A stretch of DNA of 63,939 nucleotides, filler included, from Candidatus Woesearchaeota archaeon (lineage in GTDB: Archaea > Nanobdellota > Nanobdellia > Woesearchaeales > CG1-02-33-12), in assembly GCA_018399355.1 (NCBI GenBank). It is 8 parts of 8 records of this genome, joined end to end, with 100 filler letters (N's around TTAATTAATTAA, not from the genome) between each part and the next. Parts side by side here need not be neighbours in the genome. Positions count along the whole stretch, not along the records: positions 1 to 30,961 come from JAGYOA010000005.1; 7 more parts are not named here. The stretch is one strand, 5' to 3'. The position numbers were made by a program, and so were the translations under genes. The notes under the pieces are model-generated. The model ran no database searches. It saw only the letters and a program-made list of their open reading frames with translations, and was not told where the DNA came from. This document shows, piece by piece, positions 1 through 9,873 of the stretch. Within the stretch, counting starts at the first letter, position 1; the number at the start of each line of letters is the position of its first letter.

Positions 1-32
1 AATATTTATAATAATTATAGGAGGAAAATAAA

Positions 33-374
33 ATGCCAAAACCAGAAGAATTTAGCAAACTTAAAATGTATGGAGAAAAAGAGATTTTTGAAAAAAAAGT
101 TGAAGAAGGTTATACAGAAGTAGCTTATGGCGATGGAGGAGATTGGTTTGATGACCAAAGGATAGTAAGTCTTTTTGCTTTTTATCATCCAAATGGTAAG
201 GTAGCAACATATGAACATCCAAAAAGAATGACATTTGATGGACATACAATGAGGAGCAGGCCATTTCAAGCTGAATACAATAAAATAGAATTTCAAATAC
301 ATTTGCAAGAATTTCAGATAAAACTTGAAAAAAAAGTTGGACTTGAAGAACTTGTTAAAAATTGGGAAGAATAA
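33..374 (+). CDS. hypothetical protein (113 aa)
   Basis: ATG preceded by GGAGGAGG RBS, followed by a T-rich terminator-like tract; no family recognised. Confidence 0.75.
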   Translation: MPKPEEFSKLKMYGEKEIFEKKVEEGYTEVAYGDGGDWFDDQRIVSLFAFYHPNGKVATYEHPKRMTFDGHTMRSRPFQAEYNKIEFQIHLQEFQIKLEKKVGLEELVKNWEE

Positions 375-459
375 ATCTTTCTTTTTTATTTTTTAATCTG
401 AATTCTTTATTATTATAAATAACAACAACTATATAAATCCATTAATAATCTTTTTTTGC

Positions 460-1164
460 ATGGCCAAAACAGCAAAAGAGAAATTTAAAACCTATGGAAA
501 TGTATTTGATAATTTTGCTGTTAGAAATCTTTTTGAGCTTTCATCAAAGGGATTTTTTGAAGAAGATTCACTAAGCCCTATTTCAATAGGAAAGGAAGCA
601 AATGTTTTTTCTGCAAAAGGGAAAGACGGCCCTGTTGTTCTAAAGATCTACCGCCTTGAGACTGCTGACTTTAATAGGATGTACAGTTATATAAGGAATG
701 ATCCAAGATTCCTTAACCTTAAAAATCAGAGAAGAAAGGTTATATTCGCCTGGGTTCAAAGAGAATACAGGAATCTTTTCAGGGCAAGAGAAGCAAAAAT
801 AAGGGTTCCGACACCTTTTGTATTCATGAAAAATATTTTAATAATGGAATTTATAGGAAAAAACCAACCGGCCTTAAAGCTTAAAGACCATATTCCAAAA
901 AACAAGAAGAAATTTTATTTAAAGATAAAGAAATACATTAGGAATTTTTACAAGATAGGATTTGTTCATGGAGACTTATCTGAATTCAATATCTTGAACT
1001 TTGATGAAGAGCCTGTGTTTATTGACCTTTCCCATTCAACTATGATAAGGCAGGCAAATTCCATGGAATTGTTGGAAAGAGATGTAAAAAACATATGCAG
1101 GTTTTTCAACAAACATAATTTAAAGCTTGATTATAAAAAAGAGCTTAAAGAAATTCTTTCTTAA
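460..1164 (+). CDS. rio1: RIO1-family Ser/Thr protein kinase
   Basis: ISIGKEANVF, LKIYR, WVQREYRNL, VHGDLSEFNIL and IDLS motifs of RIO kinases. Confidence 0.93.
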   Translation: MAKTAKEKFKTYGNVFDNFAVRNLFELSSKGFFEEDSLSPISIGKEANVFSAKGKDGPVVLKIYRLETADFNRMYSYIRNDPRFLNLKNQRRKVIFAWVQREYRNLFRAREAKIRVPTPFVFMKNILIMEFIGKNQPALKLKDHIPKNKKKFYLKIKKYIRNFYKIGFVHGDLSEFNILNFDEEPVFIDLSHSTMIRQANSMELLERDVKNICRFFNKHNLKLDYKKELKEILS

Positions 1165-1182
1165 TTTTAAAAAAATAAAAAC

Positions 1183-1260
1183 TTCATTGCATTTCTGCAA
1201 TGAAGAAAAAAATCTTTGCCTTCAATTTTAAGATTGGGGGTGATTAAAATGAAGGCAAAA
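1183..1260. terminator. two hairpins between convergent rio1 and ftsZ
   Basis: TTCATTGC-N6-GCAATGAA and TTTGCCTTCA...TGAAGGCAAA inverted repeats flanked by A/T runs. Confidence 0.5.
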
Positions 1261-1285
1261 GAAAAAAGACACCAAATGGTGACCA

Positions 1286-2362
1286 TTATTGAACGATTTC
1301 AATGCCGAGTTCATCATTTACCTCTTGCATATTAACCGCTGTTTCTTCTTCCTGGTGCTTGCCAAGTATCCAAGGTGATTTAACTCCTGTCATTATTGTC
1401 ATAACACTAAGCTTTCCCTTCATATCTTCGCTGATTCTTGCTCCCCAGATAACATTTGCATCCTGATCCATTGACTCTGTTACAAGCTCTCCAACCCTTG
1501 TTACTTCATCAAGAGTCATATCAGGACCTCCTGATATATGTATTAAAGCACCAGTTGCTCCCTTATAGCTTATATCTAACAAGGGGTTGCTCAATGCTGA
1601 ATGCACTGCTTCTTCCACTCTCTTGTTTGTATTTGATGAGCCAACTCCTATTGCTGCAACATCTCCATTTGTCATAATTGCCTTGACATCTGCATAGTCA
1701 AGGTTAACGAGCGAAGGAACAGCTATTGTCTCTACAATTCCTTTTATCATTGTTGCAATAAGCTCATTTGCAACTGCAAAGGCCTGCTTGACTGGAAGGT
1801 TCCCTGCAATCTCAACAAGGCGATTATTATCAATAACTATAACAGTATCAGTAACCTCCCTAAGCTGCTGCAGTCCGAACTCTGCTTTGTCTACTCTTGC
1901 CCTTTCAATTTTGAAAGGCATAGTTACTGTACCAATTACTATAGAACCTAATTCCCTAGCAACCTTTGCAATAACTGGAGCTGATCCTGTTCCAGTTCCT
2001 CCACCCATTCCTGCGCATACAAATGACATATCAACTCCTTTTAATGAATCTTTAATATCCTGAATGGACTCCTTTGCTGCTTCTGAACCTTTTTGTGGAA
2101 ATCCTCCACATCCCAAGCCTCTTGTTATATCCTTTCCGATCAGTATCTTCCTATCTGCCTCAGTAATATCTAAATGTTGTTGGTCTGTGTTGGCAGCTAT
2201 AATCTCAGCGCCTTTTATTCCTTTTTTATAAAGCCAAGAAACCATGTTGTTTCCTGCGCCGCCCGATCCAAACACTTTTATGTTGGCCTGGTTCACCTCA
2301 ATTCCCTGGAAATTCTTGTCTGTTGTGTTGTTTTTTAATGCGTTTTCTACGATGAAGTCCAT
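1286..2362 (-). CDS. ftsZ: cell division protein FtsZ
   Basis: GSGGAGNN, GMGGGTGTG tubulin signature and NLDYADV T7 loop. Confidence 0.97.
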   Translation of the reverse strand: MDFIVENALKNNTTDKNFQGIEVNQANIKVFGSGGAGNNMVSWLYKKGIKGAEIIAANTDQQHLDITEADRKILIGKDITRGLGCGGFPQKGSEAAKESIQDIKDSLKGVDMSFVCAGMGGGTGTGSAPVIAKVARELGSIVIGTVTMPFKIERARVDKAEFGLQQLREVTDTVIVIDNNRLVEIAGNLPVKQAFAVANELIATMIKGIVETIAVPSLVNLDYADVKAIMTNGDVAAIGVGSSNTNKRVEEAVHSALSNPLLDISYKGATGALIHISGGPDMTLDEVTRVGELVTESMDQDANVIWGARISEDMKGKLSVMTIMTGVKSPWILGKHQEEETAVNMQEVNDELGIEIVQ

Positions 2363-2696
2363 TTTGTTTTAACCCCCTTTTTTTTGTATGTTTTAAAAAC
2401 ATAGTTTACAATATAAATATTCTAAAACCACAATATTTATATCATAGCTTTGTTTTACCCCTTTTAGAAAAAGTTTAGTTAGTTGCGCCAAAAACACATT
2501 AAACTTTTCAGACCAAAAAATATATCAACTCACGATACAACAAGAATAGTTAGTACTTGCGCCAACAAGTACTTATATTAATAACCTAACTTCTATTTAA
2601 ACATTTTCAACATTAAAAATATACATTGTAGTTATAGTGCTTTGTTTCGTTTGGAAATTAAAAAGATTTTTATACTGCATTATGTTCTTTTTTATC

Positions 2697-3455
2697 ATGG
2701 CTTTATACTTTATAGGATTAGGACTTTACGACGAGAAAGATGTCTCAGTAAAAGGAATTGAAGCATTAAGCAAATGCAAAAAAGTGTATTTGGAAAACTA
2801 TACAAGCGTTTTATCATGCAGCATTAAAGAACTTGAAAAATTTTACAAAAAAAAGATAATTCCTGCTTCAAGAGAAATTGTTGAAAAAAAAGCAGAGACA
2901 ACAATACTCAAAGATGCTTTAAATAATGACACTGCATTTCTTGTTGTTGGAGACCCTATGTCAGCAACAACCCATATTGACCTTATGATGAGGGCAAAAC
3001 AAAAAAAAATAAAGTGTTTTGTTATTCATAATGCTTCTGTTTTTTCTGCTGTGGGAATCACTGGCCTGCAGGTTTACAAATTCGGAAAAACAACAAGCAT
3101 CCCTTTTCCTGAGGAAAAATGGCGTCCTGAAACACCCTATGATGTCATTAAAGAAAACAAGAAAATTGGACTGCACACTTTAGTTCTTCTTGATTTAAGG
3201 CCAGAAGAAAAAAGATTTATGACTGTTAATAATGCCTTAAAATACCTTCTTGAAATAGAACAGAAGAGGAAAGAAAAGGTTTTAACAAAAAATACTATTT
3301 GTATAGCCTGCGCAAGGCTTGGATCTCAACAACCATGTATAAAATATGGAAAGGTCATAGATCTTATTAAACAAAATTTTGGAAAACCAATGCACTGCTT
3401 AATAATCCCTGGAAAGCTTCATTTTGCAGAAAAAGAAGCTATTGAAAGGTTTTAA
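2697..3455 (+). CDS. dph5: diphthine synthase
   Basis: LYFIGLGL, ENYTS, GDPMSATTH, GLQVYKFGKT, HTLVLLD; start moved to ATG at 2697. Confidence 0.95.
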   Translation: MALYFIGLGLYDEKDVSVKGIEALSKCKKVYLENYTSVLSCSIKELEKFYKKKIIPASREIVEKKAETTILKDALNNDTAFLVVGDPMSATTHIDLMMRAKQKKIKCFVIHNASVFSAVGITGLQVYKFGKTTSIPFPEEKWRPETPYDVIKENKKIGLHTLVLLDLRPEEKRFMTVNNALKYLLEIEQKRKEKVLTKNTICIACARLGSQQPCIKYGKVIDLIKQNFGKPMHCLIIPGKLHFAEKEAIERF

Positions 3456-3456
3456 A

Positions 3457-3487
3457 TTCATAAATGAAACATTGTTTCAAAAATGAA
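3457..3487. promoter_or_regulatory. palindromic operator-like site just upstream of the TATA box of the HTH gene
   Basis: TTCA-N4-TGAAAC-N3-GTTTCA-N4-TGAA dyad followed by TTTATATA. Confidence 0.5.
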
Positions 3488-3521
3488 AAGATTTATATAT
3501 TGCTCTTATATCTTAAATTAA

Positions 3522-4058
3522 ATGGCTGATATGGATATATTAAAGCAGTTGTTTGATAAAAAAATAATAAGGATTCTTGATATTTTCTTAAGTGATAAAA
3601 GCAGACAGTTCTACCTAAGAGAAATAAGCCGTGAAGCAAGTGTAAGCCCTGCAACAACTTATCGCATACTTAAAAGGCTTAAGGATGCAGAGATTATAAA
3701 AGAAATAAAAGTATCAAAGTTCAAGGTTTATCAGATTCAGGAAAATGAAAAAACAAAAAACCTTTCCAGAGTAATCAAAAGTGAAGTAAGCCCTATAGAC
3801 TTTTTTGTTAGTGAAGTTAAAAATATCAAAAGCATAGATTCTGTTATTTTGCACGGAAAGAAAACAAGCAAGGGTGCAAGCCTTCTTTTAATAGGAAGAG
3901 ATGATTCATCAGGCAAGATTGATGAGATTTCAAAAGAGATTGAAAAAAAGCATAATTTCAAGATTGACTTCTTAATAATCTCAGATTTCCAGTTCAGGCA
4001 GATGACAAGACTTGGAGTTTACTCAGGAGACAAAAAAGTATTGTGGGAAAAGGAATGA
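3522..4058 (+). CDS. winged-HTH protein with degenerate nucleotidyltransferase-like C-terminal domain
   Basis: FYLREISREASVSPATTYRILKRL HTH; C-terminal VILHG...LLLIG resembles an MNT fold lacking the catalytic Asp residues. Confidence 0.7.
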   Translation: MADMDILKQLFDKKIIRILDIFLSDKSRQFYLREISREASVSPATTYRILKRLKDAEIIKEIKVSKFKVYQIQENEKTKNLSRVIKSEVSPIDFFVSEVKNIKSIDSVILHGKKTSKGASLLLIGRDDSSGKIDEISKEIEKKHNFKIDFLIISDFQFRQMTRLGVYSGDKKVLWEKE

Positions 4059-4171
4059 AATCAAAAATTTCAAATTAAAGAAAGATGTTCTGCTAAGTAT
4101 ATATTAAAACATATAAATGTTTAAATATAGTTATGGATATACCCATTAAGTATTGGTGATGGGGGTCCATA

Positions 4172-4441
4172 ATGCAGAACAAAGAGATATTTAACGTATT
4201 TTTTAGGGAAAAGCCGGCCATGATGCTGGTTGAGCTGAAAAATGCAAAGAACGAGATATATGCTTCTTCTCTTGCAAAGAACATAGACTGCACTTATTCT
4301 CATGTTGTAAAGATACTGCAGGAAATGCAAAAAGCAGGTCTTATAAATTTTGACAAACAGGGAAGGCTAAAACTTTTGAATTTAACAAAGAAAGGCAATG
4401 AAGTTGCTGAAAATATTGAAAAAATAAAAAACCTTCTTTAA
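4172..4441 (+). CDS. MarR-like winged-helix DNA-binding protein
   Basis: YASSLAKNIDCTYSHVVKILQEM...GRLKLLNLTKKG. Confidence 0.8.
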   Translation: MQNKEIFNVFFREKPAMMLVELKNAKNEIYASSLAKNIDCTYSHVVKILQEMQKAGLINFDKQGRLKLLNLTKKGNEVAENIEKIKNLL

Positions 4442-4523
4442 TTTTTATTTTTATATTTTAGCAAGATTTAAATAATCATTATGATTTCTTTTGTAATAGA
4501 ATTAAAATAATATTTTTAATAAG

Positions 4524-5441
4524 ATGTTTGTTGTAAAAAAAGATAAAAACCAGATAAAATCCCTGCCTGTAAAGGAAATAACCGTAAAGGATGCAAGGAA
4601 TTTCAGTTCAGATTTAGCTTTAAGTATAGTTAAGCTTCTGGTAAAAAAGCCAATGTACCCCATAGAAATTTCAAAAGAGCTAAAGGTTCATGAGCAGAAA
4701 ATTTATTACCACATAAAAAACCTGGAAAAATCAGGGATAATAAAGGTTGTAAAAAAAGAGCTCATGCAGGGTGCGGTGGCAAAATATTACACTGTAGAAA
4801 AGCCTGCATTTGTTATAAAACTCAAGGAATTTGAGCAGGCCCAGGACATAATCCCGAAAAACACTTCTGAATTCCTTGACCCTTTTATGAAAAATGGTCA
4901 GCTTGATGCAATGATCATAGTCGGATCTCCTGACCCGCATGGGCCTGAAAAAGCAAGGTCAAGGGACGGCTATTATGGCATTGATTTTGCATTATTCCTT
5001 GGAACCTTCCTTAACTATGTGCCAAGCCTTAATGTAAGATTGGACACAGAGGTAAGAAAAGAGGATTTGCAGAATAATCTTATACTTATGGGTGGACCGG
5101 TGGTAAACAGGATAACTAATCAAATAAACAGCAAGCTTCCTATTTTTTTTGATGAAAAAAACCATTGGAGTGTGATGTCTACAATATCAAAAAAAGGTTA
5201 TCCCAATGATGAAATTGGGTTAATTGTAAATTTTAAAAGCCCTTTTAACAAAAATAAAAGAATAATTCTTGTTGCAGGTAAGCGTTACTCAGGCACAAGG
5301 GCAGCCATAATAGCCTTCCTTAAGTATTTCAAGGAAATAGAAAAAGGAAACATTCATAATAACAAGATAAAGGCAAGGGTTGTTGAGGGAATAGACCTTG
5401 ATTCTGATGGAATAATAGATGATGTTGAGTTTAAGGAGTAA
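4524..5441 (+). CDS. ArsR-type HTH regulator fused to an alpha/beta domain resembling S-layer C-terminal domains
   Basis: YPIEISKELKVHEQKIYYHIKNLEKSG HTH; NLILMGGPVVN...VAG..GTRAA motifs. Confidence 0.7.
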   Translation: MFVVKKDKNQIKSLPVKEITVKDARNFSSDLALSIVKLLVKKPMYPIEISKELKVHEQKIYYHIKNLEKSGIIKVVKKELMQGAVAKYYTVEKPAFVIKLKEFEQAQDIIPKNTSEFLDPFMKNGQLDAMIIVGSPDPHGPEKARSRDGYYGIDFALFLGTFLNYVPSLNVRLDTEVRKEDLQNNLILMGGPVVNRITNQINSKLPIFFDEKNHWSVMSTISKKGYPNDEIGLIVNFKSPFNKNKRIILVAGKRYSGTRAAIIAFLKYFKEIEKGNIHNNKIKARVVEGIDLDSDGIIDDVEFKE

Positions 5442-6858
5442 CTTTTTTTATTGTTTCATCAAAGGTTTTTCTGGCAATATCAATGAATTCCTCTTCACTT
5501 TCAGTGGGTATTACTGCTCCTGCTGCCCCTAAATGTCCTCCTGCCTCGCCATCTGACTTGCTGACAATCTGAGAAATCAGATTCATAAGATTTATGTTTG
5601 CTTCTTTATCTGAAATTCTAAGGCTTACTTTTGTTTTTCCATTCAGCAATCTTGCCATTGATAAAATAAAAGTTGTTGTTTGAAATTCGTTTGATAAAGA
5701 GATTATAGATGCCAATGTTCCAATCATGGTTGGTCTTATATTATCTTTTGCATTTATTATAATTACTCCTTCTTCTCTTATTATGTCCTCTGAATCCTGG
5801 TTCTGTTCATACCATTTCATTGTTTTTACTATCTCTCTTTTGTATTTCTGCATTGTGCTTATTGCCTTTTTCTTTATTTTTTCATCATTAAGGCAGGCAC
5901 CTATTCCCAATGATGCCTTTCCAAGCCTTCCGCATGCATTAAGCAGTGTTGAAAACTCCTTGGCATCCCTTAAAGCACATTCTTTTTCCTCATTACAGAG
6001 GATATAAACATCACAGAATATATCTTCAGGGTTTTTTTCATTAAGCCTTTTCATTATTATTCCCGAAGCGAGTTTTTTTCTTTCTTCATCTGTTAGATGG
6101 ACAAGCTTTTTCCATTCATTCCCATATTTTGGATTAATTCCAAGCTGCTGCAAAAACTGTATTGCATTGCTTTCAGAGCCAGTGACTCCTGGAATGCAGG
6201 GATCATTACAGTACTGCAGCAATTTGTACAAAGGCTTGGTCTGAGCTCCAAAAACTTTAAGGCCTTTTATCACCTTAAGCTTTTTTTGATTAATAGCATC
6301 ATTCACTATATCCTGGTTAAGTTTTGAAAAGCCATTGTTTGCCTGCATATCTCCAATAGCACCTATAACAGCTATGTGGGCCATATCCTGGTTTTTTGGA
6401 TTTAACTGTTTTGCAAAAAGATATACAACTCCTGCTCCTGATATCTCACTTGTTCCATCAATATTAAAAAAGTGAGGGTTAACATGGACTATGTTGCTTT
6501 TGATGTCTGCATCCTCGGGTTCGTGGTGGTCAAGTATGAATATTTTTTTGTCGTGAAGTATATTTTTTATATCTTCAAGCTTTCCAGAGCCTATGTCTGT
6601 AAAGAAAAAGCAGTTGTAGTCTTCTTTTGATATTTCTGAAAGAAACCCTGAATTAAGCTGCTGTGTTATAGAAACAGAGTATCTTCTGTTTTCAAGGTTT
6701 AAGGCATGAATTAGTATAGAGCAGGCTGTAATGCCGTCAGCATCAAGGTGAGAAATGATTCTTATTTTCTCATCCCTGCTGACCTCTTTAAATTTCTCAA
6801 CCGCCTCTTTTATTGAGTGCTTAAAACTATCATACCTCTTCAATTTTACCACAGTCAC
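5431..6858 (-). CDS. RecJ/Cdc45-like DHH phosphoesterase (GAN-like)
   Basis: HLDADG, TDIGSG, LDHH and GGH..AAGA motifs; conserved archaeal position directly after rps15. Confidence 0.9.
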   Translation of the reverse strand: MTVVKLKRYDSFKHSIKEAVEKFKEVSRDEKIRIISHLDADGITACSILIHALNLENRRYSVSITQQLNSGFLSEISKEDYNCFFFTDIGSGKLEDIKNILHDKKIFILDHHEPEDADIKSNIVHVNPHFFNIDGTSEISGAGVVYLFAKQLNPKNQDMAHIAVIGAIGDMQANNGFSKLNQDIVNDAINQKKLKVIKGLKVFGAQTKPLYKLLQYCNDPCIPGVTGSESNAIQFLQQLGINPKYGNEWKKLVHLTDEERKKLASGIIMKRLNEKNPEDIFCDVYILCNEEKECALRDAKEFSTLLNACGRLGKASLGIGACLNDEKIKKKAISTMQKYKREIVKTMKWYEQNQDSEDIIREEGVIIINAKDNIRPTMIGTLASIISLSNEFQTTTFILSMARLLNGKTKVSLRISDKEANINLMNLISQIVSKSDGEAGGHLGAAGAVIPTESEEEFIDIARKTFDETIKKVTP

Positions 6859-6865
6859 TATAAAT

Positions 6866-7321
6866 TTACTCTATTAAAAGCCTAATCTTATCAGGATCGT
6901 ACTTCCATTCATTGTCAAGCTTCTTTGAATTTTTGTAGTATTTCACAAGTTTTCTTATCTTTGCTTCTGTAAGCTCAAGCCCTCTTTTTGAAGGCATGTC
7001 ATGCTTATTTGTTTCAAGATGCTTTCTTAAGGCAATGCTCCTTTTGATTAAGGCCATAAGATCTTCAGGAATATTTGAAAGAAGGTTTTTTTCCTCAAGT
7101 ATCTTTGATATTTTTCTTCCGCAAATGCTTTTGATATCTGGAATTCCATAAACATCTCTTAAATAAAGCCCAATCTGGCTTGGTGTTTTTCCTTCTTTGG
7201 CTAATTTTGATATAAGAATCTCAAGCTCTTTTGGCTTGTATCTTATCCAGCTTAAATTTGTTTTTTTTGACGGCTTTGTTGAGCCAGACTTTCCTTTACT
7301 TCCTGAGTACATTCTTGCCAT
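6866..7321 (-). CDS. rps15: 30S ribosomal protein uS15 (S15p/S13e)
   Basis: MARMYSGSKGKSGS...PSQIG..LRD.YGIP...IPEDL; start moved to ATG at 7321 after GAGGAGG. Confidence 0.96.
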   Translation of the reverse strand: MARMYSGSKGKSGSTKPSKKTNLSWIRYKPKELEILISKLAKEGKTPSQIGLYLRDVYGIPDIKSICGRKISKILEEKNLLSNIPEDLMALIKRSIALRKHLETNKHDMPSKRGLELTEAKIRKLVKYYKNSKKLDNEWKYDPDKIRLLIE

Positions 7322-7465
7322 TTTATTCCTCCTCAAGAGACCTGAACAAGAAAAAGTTCTTGTCTCCAGCATAACCCAGCCTAAACCGGATTATCTCTCG
7401 ATGCAAAAAAGTAAAACATTCTTATTTAAAAAGCTTTCGGGAATATGCAAAATATTTTTGTGTTT

Positions 7466-8329
7466 TTAATCAAACCAATTTTCTGCAACAAAATCAGGGT
7501 TATAAGCTAGATAATGCCTTATTACTGCAGCTGTATGATAATTCGAAAATTTAGGTGAAAATTTATTTTTTAGATTCTGCAATGTTTTTCCAGAGGCAAG
7601 ATCCTCATCAAAAAATAATATACTTTTTTCTTTATAATCTGATAAGTATTCTTCATCTGACTCTGAGACTATTGGGTTATTGTCATTTCTCTTAAATTTA
7701 GAAAAACGTATAAAATATAAATCCGAATTTATCATATTGGATAAGAGTGTTGCAGGCATTATTGAGCCATGTGCAGATCCAATTATCAAATCAATCTTAG
7801 ATTCTTTTTTAATATTATCTGCCAAATTCTTTACTCTTTTTGGATAGGATGCCATCCAGGTATATTTGTCTTTTTCAGAAGCATATGTGAGATTATGTAA
7901 TTCTTTTGGTATTTTTTTCTTGAAATCGTTTAAATATTCAATTGATTTATCTTTTAATGAATAAATACATTTTAATAATAATATTGACTCAAGATACAAA
8001 TTATGGGATTGCTCTATTTTATCTTTATTATATGCAACAGAATCTTTTTGTGAAAATTCTGCATATTTTCTTGGGTTTAGGACAATTCCATTCTCCATAC
8101 ATATTTTGTAATTAAGAAGCACATTTACTAATCCAGGAGATTTAAAATAAAGATTGTTTCCCTCTTTGGATAGTTCTTTTTTATTTTTTGATATTGTATT
8201 TAACTTTTTGAAACTTAGGAGCCTTTTGAATGATTTTTCAATTTCTGGAAATAATTCAATATACTCTATTTTAAAGTCCATTTCAGAAGAAGGTATGTTC
8301 TCATTTATAGAAATGAATTCATCTATCAT
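7466..8329 (-). CDS. type I phosphoribosyltransferase-domain protein
   Basis: ILFFDEDLASGKTL PRPP-binding loop and GSAHGS in the C-terminal half. Confidence 0.7.
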   Translation of the reverse strand: MIDEFISINENIPSSEMDFKIEYIELFPEIEKSFKRLLSFKKLNTISKNKKELSKEGNNLYFKSPGLVNVLLNYKICMENGIVLNPRKYAEFSQKDSVAYNKDKIEQSHNLYLESILLLKCIYSLKDKSIEYLNDFKKKIPKELHNLTYASEKDKYTWMASYPKRVKNLADNIKKESKIDLIIGSAHGSIMPATLLSNMINSDLYFIRFSKFKRNDNNPIVSESDEEYLSDYKEKSILFFDEDLASGKTLQNLKNKFSPKFSNYHTAAVIRHYLAYNPDFVAENWFD

Positions 8330-8347
8330 TTAATCTCCAAAAAAGTA

Positions 8348-8420
8348 TAGCCCCGCGCGGATTCGAACCGCGGTCTCAAGCTCCAAAGGCTTGAATGATT
8401 GGCCACTACACCACGGGGCT
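8348..8420 (-). tRNA. tRNA-Gln(UUG), intronless
   Basis: cloverleaf: AGCCCCG/CGGGGCT acceptor, CAAGC-CTTTGGA-GCTTG anticodon arm, GGTTCGAATCC T arm; CCA not encoded. Confidence 0.95.
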
Positions 8421-8504
8421 GCAATAAACTAAGAACTATTGGTTGTTTTATAAAATTTTCTTTTATTCGAAAGCTTTAAATGAATTAGTTGCTTCTTTTT
8501 TCTT

Positions 8505-9731
8505 ATGCAGCCATTATGCCTTAAATGCAAGGGCCGGGGCTTCTGCGGAAGAAAATTCTGTCCGATATACGCAAAGAGCAATGCGGCCTTTAAAGTCCAG
8601 GAAATGCTTGAAAGCAATGATTTCAGCAGCTCAAGCCCTGCACCTTTTGTTGGTCATTATGGTTATCCAGATGTCAATGTGGGGATCTTAAGTCCGGCCA
8701 AAGTAGAGGAAAAAGCAGAATTATATGATGCCCCAAAATACTGGGCAGAGCATAATTTTCAAATACCTAGGATAGTTGACTTAAGGTCTGCCCTAATAAA
8801 CTCAAGGTTCAGGATGAATATAAGGAAAAAGCAAAAATTCCTTGAGCTAAGCCAGGAGATTGGAATGGCCTCAAAACCGGTTGATGTTGAGATTTCTGTC
8901 CAGGAAAGGCCGAAATTCAGCTTAAAAATGGATTCATACAATGCTCCAATGGGCCCTAATGCAAAACTGGAAAAAGCAAATATAACCTCTAACCCGAAAA
9001 TACCGAGGCAGGTTGAAAGGGTTGTTTATGACACTGACTTAAAAGCGCAAAAAGCAATTCTATATCTTCATAAAAAAAATTTTGATGAAAATTTTCTCAC
9101 AAAGCTTCTCAGCATCGGCAATATAGGAATAAAAAAAGACCGCAAACTAGTTCCGACCAGATGGAGCATAACTGCAACAGACGACATGGTTGCAAAACAG
9201 CTTATCTCTGAGATAAAGGATTTCAAAACAGGAGAATACCTTGCATTTTTTGGTTCTTACCTTGGGAATTATTATCTTATCCTGTGTTTTCCAGAGCCAT
9301 GGAGCTATGAACTTTTTGAAACATACATGCCCAAGACAAGCTGGAATGTTGATGAAAACGTTAATTTCATGACAGATTATGAGCCATATCATGGGAGGAA
9401 AACATATGCAGAGAACTGCGCAGGAGGATATTATGCTGCAAGATTGGCAATAGCTGAAAAGCTTGCAAATATGAAAAGACAGTCAGCTGTTCTTGCATTA
9501 AGATTTATCACAGGAGATTATGCTGTTCCCTTAGGAGTCTGGGTAGTAAGAGAAGCAGCAAGAAAGGCCATGAACAACAAACCAATAGAATTTTCTTCAA
9601 AAGAGCTTATGCTGAAATACACTGAAGCGCTAATAAAAAAGAAATTCGGCTATGATGCAAACAAGATTCTTAAAAACAGCATTATTCTTAAAGAGATGAA
9701 AAACCAAAAAAAGCTGAGTAATTTCTTTTAG
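8505..9731 (+). CDS. nreA: Nre-family DNA repair protein
   Basis: N-terminal CxxC..C..CP, FVGHYGYPDV, RKLVPTRWSITATD, GGYYAARLA and C-terminal PIP box QKKLSNFF. Confidence 0.93.
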   Translation: MQPLCLKCKGRGFCGRKFCPIYAKSNAAFKVQEMLESNDFSSSSPAPFVGHYGYPDVNVGILSPAKVEEKAELYDAPKYWAEHNFQIPRIVDLRSALINSRFRMNIRKKQKFLELSQEIGMASKPVDVEISVQERPKFSLKMDSYNAPMGPNAKLEKANITSNPKIPRQVERVVYDTDLKAQKAILYLHKKNFDENFLTKLLSIGNIGIKKDRKLVPTRWSITATDDMVAKQLISEIKDFKTGEYLAFFGSYLGNYYLILCFPEPWSYELFETYMPKTSWNVDENVNFMTDYEPYHGRKTYAENCAGGYYAARLAIAEKLANMKRQSAVLALRFITGDYAVPLGVWVVREAARKAMNNKPIEFSSKELMLKYTEALIKKKFGYDANKILKNSIILKEMKNQKKLSNFF

Positions 9732-9741
9732 CAAGGTTTTA

Positions 9742-9832
9742 GTTGATTATCAACAAAAAACATTATAAATAGTCTATTTGTTGATTATCAACAAAAGAAA
9801 CAAAAGGTATTAAATGTTGATTATCAACAAAA
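9742..9832. repeat. three copies of palindromic GTTGATTATCAACAAAA
   Basis: copies start at 9742, 9780 and 9816 in the convergent nreA/alaS gap. Confidence 0.85.
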
Positions 9833-9873
9833 GCAGAATAATTTAATAGATATGATATTATTAAAAGAAATGA

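Noticed and set aside
9742..9832. CRISPR array
   Set aside because: Only three 17-bp units with ~20-bp AT-rich spacers and no cas genes; too short for CRISPR, kept as a binding-site repeat
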